Part shown: positions 56,669-64,000 of the stretch, piece after piece
Numbering within the stretch: the stretch's first letter is position 1
Layout: every line of letters starts with the position of its first letter
From: Alphaproteobacteria bacterium
Lineage (GTDB): Bacteria > Pseudomonadota > Alphaproteobacteria > SP197
Assembly (NCBI GenBank): GCA_964291265.2
Contig: OZ219747.1
Coordinates: 1,440,001 to 1,504,000 of the forward strand
Length of the DNA stretch: 64,000 nucleotides
Direction of reading: 5' to 3'
Translations under genes and position numbers: made by a program
Notes under the pieces: generated by a model
Seen by the model: only the letters and a program-made list of their open reading frames with translations
Told to the model about the DNA's origin: nothing
Database searches by the model: none

Positions 56669-58945
56669 ATGGAGCTCGAATTCACCACCCGAACGACATT
56701 CGACAAGGTCGGAACCCGTCCCGTCCGCCCCGACGGCACCGACAAGGTCACGGGCCGGGCGCTCTATGGCGCCGATCTCGTCAGCGCCGGCATGCTTGTC
56801 GGCAAGGTGCTGCGCAGCCCCCATGCCCACGCCCGCATCCTGGCCATCGACACCTCCAGGGCCCGGGCCCTGTCAGGCGTCAAGGCGGTCGTCACCCGCG
56901 ACGACTTTCCGGACCTCGGCCCGGGCGGAACGGTGAAGGGAGAGGTCGAAGAGAACGTCTGGGACGTGGCCCGCAACGTCATGGCCCGGGAGAAGGCGCT
57001 CTACGAGGGCCATGCGGTCGCCGCCGTGGCGGCGACATCGACGGCGGTAGCCCGACAGGCGCTCAAGCACATCGATGTCACCTGGCAGGTGCTTCCCCAT
57101 GTCACGGACATCGACGAGGCCATGAAGCCGGGCGCGCCCCTGGTACACGAGGACATGATCACGGCCGGCATGGATCCGGCACCGGAAGAGCCGTCCAACA
57201 TCGCCGAGTACACCAGGATCGAAATGGGCGACACCGAAGCCGGATTCGCCGCTGCCGATGTCATTGTCGAGCAGACATTCAGGACCGAGGCTGCGCATCA
57301 GGGCTATATCGAGCCCCATGCCTGCGTGGCTTCGGCTTCCGAGGACGGCGTCGCCGAGTTGTGGTGCTGCACCCAGGGTCACTTCTCCGTCCGCGACATG
57401 TGCGCCAGCATCCTGGGCATGGACCTTGCGGACCTGCGTGTGACATCCTCGGAGATCGGCGGCGGGTTCGGCGGGAAGACGACCGTCTTTCTCGAGCCCG
57501 TGGCCCTTCTCCTGTCACGCAAGTCCGGCCGGCCGGTCAAGATGACGATGAGCCGCGACGAGGTCTTCCGGGCTTCCGGTCCCACGTCTTCGACGAGCAT
57601 CACGGCAAGGATCGGCGCCACCCGGGATGGCCGGATCACGGTCTGCGACGCCTCCTTCAGGTACCAGGGAGGCGCATTCCCCGGGTCCCCGGTGAGCTAC
57701 GGAGCCGTGTGCGGCATGGCTCCCTATGACTGCCCGAACGTGACTCTGCAGTGTTATGACGTGGTGGTGAACCGTCCCAAGGCCGCCGCCTATCGAGCGC
57801 CAGGCGCGCCGATGGCTTCGTTCGCCATCGAATCCCTTATCGACGACATCGCGCTCAAGCTCGACATCGATCCTGTCGAGCTGCGTCTGAGGAACGCCGT
57901 GAAGCAGGGTTCGAGTTCCGTCTATGGCCCGACGTTCGGCCCCATCGGGTTCGTGGAATGCCTCGAGGCGGCGCGGAATCATCCTTCTCTCGAGATCCCT
58001 CCCGGAGCCCATCAGGCGAGGGGCATCGCCGCCGGTTTCTGGCCGAACTACGGTGGCCAGACCAGCGTCACGGTCAACGTCAACAACGACGGCACCGTTC
58101 TGGTGTCGCTGGGCACGCCCGACATCGGCGGCAGCCGCGCCAGCATGTGCCTGATGGCCGCCGAGGAACTCCGGATTCCCTACGAGAGGGTGAAGGCGAT
58201 CATCGCCGATACCAGCGCGCTCGGGCACAACGACACCACCGGAGGCAGCCGGGTCACACATTCGGCCGGTCTCGCCACCATCGAGGCGTCGCGCAAGGTC
58301 ATCGACACCATGAAGGAGCGCGCCGCGGCGCTCTGGGACATCGAGGTCGACGCCGTGGTCTGGGACCAGGGGTGCGTGCGTCCCTCGGGCGCCAATGCCG
58401 GCGACCACGAACCGCTCACCTTCGAAGCGATTGCCGCCATGGCGCCTTCCACCGGCGGGCCGATCGCCGGCCATGCGGAAATCAATGCGGAGGGCGCCGG
58501 GGCGAGCTTTGCCGTGCATGTCTGCGATCTCGAGGTGGATCCGGAAACCGGGCGGGTCACCATCCTGCGCTACCTCGCGGTCCAGGATGCAGGAAAGGCC
58601 ATCCATCCCGACTATGTCGAAGGCCAGTACCAGGGTGGAGTCGCCCAGGGCATCGGCTGGGCTCTCAACGAGGAGTACATCTACGGCAGCGACGGGGTCC
58701 TGCAGAACCCGGGCTTTCTGGATTACCGCATTCCCGTCGCCTCCGACCTGCCGATGATCGACACCGTCATCGTCGAGGTGCCCAATCCCGGCCACCCCTA
58801 CGGCGTGCGCGGTGTCGGTGAAACACCGATCGTGCCGCCCCTTGCGGCGGTGGCCAATGCCGTGTCGCGCGCCGTTGACCGGCGCATGACCGAGACCCCG
58901 ATGTCGCCTCCGCGCATTGTCGCGGCCATCGACGGGTCGCCATGA
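56669..58945 (+). CDS. Xanthine dehydrogenase-family molybdopterin subunit
   Basis: IGGGFGGK, AYRAPG, VEGQYQGG and RGVGE motifs. Confidence 0.93.
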   Translation: MELEFTTRTTFDKVGTRPVRPDGTDKVTGRALYGADLVSAGMLVGKVLRSPHAHARILAIDTSRARALSGVKAVVTRDDFPDLGPGGTVKGEVEENVWDVARNVMAREKALYEGHAVAAVAATSTAVARQALKHIDVTWQVLPHVTDIDEAMKPGAPLVHEDMITAGMDPAPEEPSNIAEYTRIEMGDTEAGFAAADVIVEQTFRTEAAHQGYIEPHACVASASEDGVAELWCCTQGHFSVRDMCASILGMDLADLRVTSSEIGGGFGGKTTVFLEPVALLLSRKSGRPVKMTMSRDEVFRASGPTSSTSITARIGATRDGRITVCDASFRYQGGAFPGSPVSYGAVCGMAPYDCPNVTLQCYDVVVNRPKAAAYRAPGAPMASFAIESLIDDIALKLDIDPVELRLRNAVKQGSSSVYGPTFGPIGFVECLEAARNHPSLEIPPGAHQARGIAAGFWPNYGGQTSVTVNVNNDGTVLVSLGTPDIGGSRASMCLMAAEELRIPYERVKAIIADTSALGHNDTTGGSRVTHSAGLATIEASRKVIDTMKERAAALWDIEVDAVVWDQGCVRPSGANAGDHEPLTFEAIAAMAPSTGGPIAGHAEINAEGAGASFAVHVCDLEVDPETGRVTILRYLAVQDAGKAIHPDYVEGQYQGGVAQGIGWALNEEYIYGSDGVLQNPGFLDYRIPVASDLPMIDTVIVEVPNPGHPYGVRGVGETPIVPPLAAVANAVSRAVDRRMTETPMSPPRIVAAIDGSP

Positions 58946-59187
58946 TCGACGTCCGGCTCGGCGCGACGCTGCGTTCCAGGGCGGGTGGACGGCAGTCGTT
59001 TCCGGTCGAGGCCGGCACGGTCGGGCAGGTGCTCGAGCGTCTCCAGGGCGCCTATCCCGAGCTCTCCCCCGTGCTCGATCGGGGTGTGGCGATTGCCATC
59101 GACGGCCGCATCTACCGCGATTCGCTGCTGCAGCGCGTGCCGGACGGCGCGGAGGTCTATCTCATGCCGCGCGTTGCCGGTGGGTAG
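58942..59187 (+). CDS. MoaD/ThiS-like ubiquitin-fold protein
   Basis: 81 aa with C-terminal VAGG. Confidence 0.88.
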   Translation: MIDVRLGATLRSRAGGRQSFPVEAGTVGQVLERLQGAYPELSPVLDRGVAIAIDGRIYRDSLLQRVPDGAEVYLMPRVAGG

Positions 59188-59189
59188 TC

Positions 59190-60017
59190 ATGGCGGTCCT
59201 TGATCCTGTCACGCCAGGAGGAGAGGACTCGGCGCAGGCGTTCCGCAGGGACGGCGTGGTCTGTCTGCGCGGAGTGTTCGCCGAGTGGGTCGACATGCTC
59301 CGTCTGGGGATCGAGAGGAACCTCGACGAACCCGGAGAGGACGCGAAGCTCTACCGCGACAAGGACGGCAGGCTGTTCATGAGTGATTACTGCAACTGGC
59401 AGAGAATTCCGGAATACGAGACCTTCGCCCGGCAGGGCCCGGGCGCCCGGATCGCGGCCGAACTCATGGGCTCCGCAACGGCTCGATTGTTCCACGAGCA
59501 CGTGCTCGTCAAGGAGGCCGGCGCCGATCTCGGGACGCCGTGGCACCACGATCAGCCCTACTATTGCGTCGACGGCCGGCAGAATGTCTCCATGTGGGTG
59601 CCGGTGGATCCGGTGGCGCGCGACACCAGCCCGGAGTTCATTGCCGGTTCGCACAACTGGCAGCGTACCTTCACGCCCGAGCGGTTCGACGGCCAGCCGC
59701 TCTACGGAGACGACGACCACGAGTCGCTGCCAGACATCAACGCCGACCGTTCGGCCTTCGATGTTCGCGGCTTCGACCTCGATCCGGGCGATGCCGTCTG
59801 CTTCCACTTCCTGACGGTCCATGGCGCACCGGCCAACCGTTCCCTCGTGACGCCGAGGCGGGCCATCTCCATGAGATGGATCGGCGACGATGCACGCTTT
59901 GCGGCGCGGCCCGGTCCGACATCCCCGCCCTTCCGGGGCGTCACCCTCGAGCCGGGCGCCGACATGATCGCGCCCGAGTTTCCTCTCTGCTGGTCCCGGG
60001 CGTCGTGCCTCACCTGA
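59190..60017 (+). CDS. PhyH-family Fe(II)/2-oxoglutarate dioxygenase
   Basis: TPWHHDQPYY, MWVPVD, GSH, TVHGAPAN and RRAIS motifs. Confidence 0.9.
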   Translation: MAVLDPVTPGGEDSAQAFRRDGVVCLRGVFAEWVDMLRLGIERNLDEPGEDAKLYRDKDGRLFMSDYCNWQRIPEYETFARQGPGARIAAELMGSATARLFHEHVLVKEAGADLGTPWHHDQPYYCVDGRQNVSMWVPVDPVARDTSPEFIAGSHNWQRTFTPERFDGQPLYGDDDHESLPDINADRSAFDVRGFDLDPGDAVCFHFLTVHGAPANRSLVTPRRAISMRWIGDDARFAARPGPTSPPFRGVTLEPGADMIAPEFPLCWSRASCLT

Positions 60018-61015
60018 CCACGGGCACGAGCCGGAGCCGACTCTTCACCCCCGGTGCAGGTGACACCGCCGCGGCCGTCGGCAACGCCGGGGTCGATGCG
60101 GTGGCGACGGTGACCCTGATTCTCTGGATCGAAGAGGTATGCGGCGACATCCTGCACCCGGCGCTCAAGGCGGGCGAGGCATCCGTCGGCGCCCGGGTCG
60201 CCGTCGATCACTCGGGTCCCGCCTGGACGGCAAGGCCCGTCGCCGTCGAGGCCAGGATCACGGCGGTCGCCGGACGCAGGGTCGCCTTTGCCGTGGCCGC
60301 ACGCCAGGACGACCGCGAGGTGATGACGGGGGAGCACGTCAGGGTCGTCGTCTCCCTGGCGCGGTTCCTCGAGGACGGCTCCCGCGCCGCGCCGCAAGCA
60401 GCGCCTGCCGCAGGCGAACGGGTCTCCTTCTGGTTCGACGTCATCTCGCCCTGGTCCTACCTCGCCTCGCTCGCCATCGGCCGGCTGGCGCGGCGCCGGG
60501 GAGTCGGCGTCGACTGGCGGCCGCTCCATCTCGCCAGTCTCATGGAGACGGTCGATGGCATGAGACCCATGGAACAGAGTCCGCAGCGCCGCGCCTGGTA
60601 TCTCCAGGACATCGAGGATCGCATGGCCGAAGCGGGACTGCCTTACCATCCGCATGCCGGGCAGCCGATGAGGCCGTCGCGGGCGCTGCGCTGCATGGCC
60701 CACGCCGCGGACATGAACCTTGCCGAACCCTTCGTGGAACAGGTGATGCGCGGTTACTGGGCCGAAGGTGCGGACATCACCGATCCGGACTTCCTCCAGG
60801 AGGTGGCAGAGAGGGTGGGGCTCGGTCCCCGATCCATGGCCGACATTGCCGCCGACCCCCACTACAAGGCGGTCATTGCCGCCAACACCCGCGAGGCCGT
60901 CGCGGCCGGCCTTTTCGGCGTTCCGGCCTTCATCTTCCGCGACAAGCTCTACTTCGGCAGCGATCGCATGGACATGCTTGACGCGGCCCTGGCGTCTCCG
61001 GCGCAGCCGCCATGA
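60005..61015 (+). CDS. Fusion of an FlK-like hotdog thioesterase and a DsbA/HCCA-isomerase (kappa GST) domain
   Basis: VATVTLILWIEE..SVG..V.VDH..PA N-domain; FDVISPWSYLA...GLFGVPAF...FGSDR C-domain; one open frame. Confidence 0.78.
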   Translation: MPHLTTGTSRSRLFTPGAGDTAAAVGNAGVDAVATVTLILWIEEVCGDILHPALKAGEASVGARVAVDHSGPAWTARPVAVEARITAVAGRRVAFAVAARQDDREVMTGEHVRVVVSLARFLEDGSRAAPQAAPAAGERVSFWFDVISPWSYLASLAIGRLARRRGVGVDWRPLHLASLMETVDGMRPMEQSPQRRAWYLQDIEDRMAEAGLPYHPHAGQPMRPSRALRCMAHAADMNLAEPFVEQVMRGYWAEGADITDPDFLQEVAERVGLGPRSMADIAADPHYKAVIAANTREAVAAGLFGVPAFIFRDKLYFGSDRMDMLDAALASPAQPP

Positions 61016-61114
61016 TGGAGCGCCTTGCTGGCCAGGGGTATCGTCAGGTCCGCTGCGAACGAGCATCCGCTTGACGTCACGGCAGCCGCAGTCCGCGCAC
61101 TCGATCATTGAAGT

Positions 61115-61226
61115 GCAAGCGTTCGTTCACGCAGTGACAGGGGCATGAAGGAACTGAGCGAATTCTGGCGAGCTGGGACGGTTCGTCGTTGTCACCGTCA
61201 TCGTCAACCTCTGACCGAACGCTTGC
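61115..61226. mobile_element. 112-bp IS66-derived MITE-like relic
   Basis: Ends gcaagcgttcgttca and RC gcaagcgttcggtca. Confidence 0.6.
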
Positions 61227-61549
61227 CGAGTGCCTGCTTGACGATATGCTGACCGGCCGGAGATGACGGGACGATCGATGCGCTGTGCGGATTGGCCCGG
61301 CGTCAACACGGACCCGGCCATCCTCGATCGTCCGGTCCCCGGTGCTCTCGGGCGCGACACGTCTTGAAACCGGCCTGCGGCATGGGTTACTGATGACCTC
61401 GGGTCGGTTGCGGGCGCGGCGGCCCGGGTTTCGCGACGGACGGGAGGGCAAGGTCATGACGCGGACGCCAGGCGATATCGGGATGCATGACCTGCGGCTC
61501 TTCGGGCGGAGCGTGAGCGCCTCGCGCACGTGCGAACCCGAACTCGTTA

Positions 61550-61568
61550 CCCCCCCCCCCCCCCCCCC
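61550..61568. repeat. C19 homopolymer
   Basis: 19 consecutive C residues. Confidence 0.9.
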
Positions 61569-61689
61569 TCAAGAGTCAGGGCGCGGGGCTCTCCCTCGGC
61601 CTCGAGGGCGCGCACCGGCCGGGTCCGGTCACCGAAGACAGCCTCATGCTGCGCGGCGCCCTCAACTGGTAGGAGAGGCGCGTTGAGGT

Positions 61690-62200
61690 CCTAGCACGGC
61701 GCCCGTGACCTGCCCGACGCGTTCCGCGGCGGCTTCGATATCGCGGTCGGCAAGACGGGCGTAGCGCAGGGTCATCCGCACATTGGAATGGCCGAGCAGG
61801 CGGGAGGCCATCGGTACGGCACGCCGTTCATGACGGCATGGCTGGTCATGGTATGGTTCACATCCGTGATCGCGGCTTCGCGTCTGACGCGATGCCAGAG
61901 CGGCAGGTCGGGGTCGCGCGGCAAGGGGAACACGAATGGACTATCCGTGCGCGATGCTGATCGAGAATGGTCGTCTTGATCTTGTTGCCGAGCGGGACCG
62001 TCCTCGGTCCCGTCTTGGAGTCGCGCAGGAACTGTTTGCCGTCGCGGAAGCTGTTGATGGCTGCATAGAACGGCGGGCGGATGACAGCGACCTGCTGCAT
62101 CGGGCTCTGCGCGTTCCTGCATGACGACCCTGGCCCAGAGACGTGCGTTGAATCGCGGGCCCAAGCATGTCCTGTGGGCGATCGACCGCATCAGACGCCT
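61690..62200 (-). pseudogene. Tyrosine integrase remnant
   Basis: LRDSKTGPRTVPL, WHRVRREA and SRLLGHSNVRMTLRYARLADRDIEAAAERVG in shifted frames. Confidence 0.8.
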
Positions 62201-62407
62201 TGTCGTGACCGATTGCCGCCGGCTGCCGTCGACCGGGTGCCTCGGCGCAGCGCACCGAAGGGGGTCGTGTTCCGGTGAGTCTCGGGCCTTTGCGGCTGCT
62301 GCGCAGTGTCGAATCAAGCCGGCAGGTTGACCTGTCGATGGTCATGGGAAGCGCTTGTGGCCGGCTGCCTCGCGCATGGTCAGCTCCGGCTCAGGGCGCC
62401 ATTCCGT

Positions 62408-63271
62408 TCACGAACCCCTCCCGCGGCGTGCGAGGATGATTCCGGCAAGGGCGATCAGCGTCATGCCGGTTGCCACCATGAAGGTGGGAACGTCGCCGAA
62501 GACGAGGTAGCCCAGAACGACCGCCACCAGGAGGGACGAGTACTCGAAGGGAACGACGAAGCTCGTTTCTCCCTTGCGGTAGGCGAAGATGATGAGGAAG
62601 TGGGCCGAACCGGCGAGCAGACCGGCGAGGACGATGAGCCAGAGGTTGAGTCCCTCGGCCATCTGCCAGGAGCCGGGAACGAGCAGGACCGGAACGAGCC
62701 CCGTCAGGGCAAAGGCGACCGTGGTGTAGAAGGCGGTCACCGGCGCCGGCTCTGTTGCTCCCAGGCGTCGCGCCAGCAGCACCGTGACGGCCACCGAGAC
62801 CGCGGCGGCCACACCCCACAGCGCCGCCGGCCGGAAGGCCTCGCTCCCGGGTTGCACGATGACGAGCGCCCCGGCGAAACCGACCGAGACCGCCGCCCAG
62901 CGAAGCGTCGAGACCCTTTCTCCCAGGAAGATGCCGCTCAGCACTGCCACGATGAAGGGTGACGAATAGGTGACGGCCGCGGCGTCGGCGATGGGAAGCT
63001 GCAGGATGGCTCTGAGGTAGAAGGTATAGGCCAGCGCCATCGCCATTCCGCGACAGGCCTGCCCCCACGGGCGGCGTGTCCTCAGATGACGCCATGTGCG
63101 GCTGAGGGAAAGCGCGACGAAGACCGGCAGGAACGCGATGCAGCTTCTCAGCAGGATGAAGCTGAAGGGATCGATGTCCTGCATCACCGTCTTGGCGAGG
63201 ACATCGCAGACGGTGAGCAGGCAGACACCGGCGACCACCGAGGCAATGGCAAGTCCGGGCTGATCGTTCAT
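62408..63271 (-). CDS. DMT (EamA) family transporter
   Basis: Ten-TM pattern with FLGERV..RW..V.VGF.G and VPFEYS. Confidence 0.9.
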   Translation of the reverse strand: MNDQPGLAIASVVAGVCLLTVCDVLAKTVMQDIDPFSFILLRSCIAFLPVFVALSLSRTWRHLRTRRPWGQACRGMAMALAYTFYLRAILQLPIADAAAVTYSSPFIVAVLSGIFLGERVSTLRWAAVSVGFAGALVIVQPGSEAFRPAALWGVAAAVSVAVTVLLARRLGATEPAPVTAFYTTVAFALTGLVPVLLVPGSWQMAEGLNLWLIVLAGLLAGSAHFLIIFAYRKGETSFVVPFEYSSLLVAVVLGYLVFGDVPTFMVATGMTLIALAGIILARRGRGS

Positions 63272-63368
63272 GGCAAACCGCGGTGCCGCTGGGGAGCAGG
63301 CGGTTTACCCCGCCTTGACTTTGCGGACAATTGCGGGTGTTGTGCCGCACCGGAGTCGAGGGAGCAGC

Positions 63369-64000
63369 GTGGACAAGACAGTTTCTCGGTTCCAGACGAC
63401 CGGTCTGGACGACCTGAAATCGTTCCTGATCGAGTCCGGAGTGAGGTTCCTGCTCCCTTCCTATGTCGACATGCACGGCGTGTCGAAGTCGAAGATGGTG
63501 CCCATGAGCCATTTCAACCGGGCCATGACGGGCTCGGAACTGTGTACTGGCGCGGCGGTGGACGGCGTGCCCCAGGACATCAGCGACGAAGAGGTCGCGG
63601 CCCACCCGGACCCTGCCTCGTGCACGATCCAGCCGTGGATGCCCGATGTCGCCTGGTTCGCCAGCAACCTGTGGTGCGAGGGAAGGCCTTTCGAGCCGTG
63701 CAGCCGGAACATTCTCGGCCGTGTCCTCGAGGAGGCCCGGTCCCTCGGCCTCGGCATGAATCTCGGCGTCGAGACGGAATTCTTCGTGTTCCGCGACGAT
63801 GGCTCGCTCTGCCGGCCCATGAGCCCGCGGCACGATCTCGACAAGCCCGCCTATGACACCTCGCGGCTGCTGGACAACATCGGCTGGATGGGCGAGCTCG
63901 TCGATGCCATGAATGCCCTGGGCTGGGATGTCTACAGCTTCGATCACGAAGACGGCATCGGTCAGTTCGAGATCGACTTTTCCTATGCCGACGCCATGAC
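63369..64000 (+). CDS. GlnT/GmaS-like glutamine synthetase-family ligase, 5' part (runs off the window)
   Basis: YVDMHGVSKSKMVP, GAAVDGVPQ, LGVETEFF and DHEDGIGQFEIDF; GTG start after GAGGGA. Confidence 0.85.
   Translation, partial: MDKTVSRFQTTGLDDLKSFLIESGVRFLLPSYVDMHGVSKSKMVPMSHFNRAMTGSELCTGAAVDGVPQDISDEEVAAHPDPASCTIQPWMPDVAWFASNLWCEGRPFEPCSRNILGRVLEEARSLGLGMNLGVETEFFVFRDDGSLCRPMSPRHDLDKPAYDTSRLLDNIGWMGELVDAMNALGWDVYSFDHEDGIGQFEIDFSYADAM

Noticed and set aside
55326-58945. Bona fide aerobic CO dehydrogenase (form I)
   Set aside because: The active-site loop is AYRAPG rather than AYXCSFR, and no coxDEFG genes are present.

Overview
High-GC (about 66% by eye) alphaproteobacterial chromosome segment, Rhodospirillales-like by gene order; the heavy pseudogene and IS debris suggests a host-associated lineage (inference). 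Housekeeping blocks (amgK'-murU, trxA, folC-accD-trpABF-pyrF-lapA-ihfB, tRNA-Ala-aroA-cmk-rpsA, tRNA-Phe-yacG-maf) alternate with accessory debris and catabolic clusters. The debris includes ISAs1, IS630, IS66, IS21 and IS1595 remnants, a complete group II intron plus two 5' fragments, three TA modules and integrase relics. The catabolic clusters are a sugar ABC transporter with GMC oxidoreductase and enolase, two molybdo-hydroxylase loci, a CocE hydrolase, a D-aminoacylase and an amidinotransferase. The best observation lies inside a type I restriction hsdR pseudogene (32892-33041): a 28-bp piece of hsdR coding sequence occurs three times, separated by two unrelated 33-nt spacers (61-bp period). 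This is type I-E Cas1-Cas2 integration geometry, and removing 122 bp restores the local frame, so it is a candidate natural 'neo-CRISPR' array born from a protein-coding gene. Other highlights: a 2.2-kb ISAs1-ended composite element with a perfect 10-bp TSD carrying a TA pair, an 8-bp microsatellite expanded inside a dispersed element upstream of a repeat lipoprotein, and an FlK-thioesterase/DsbA-kappa-GST fusion.
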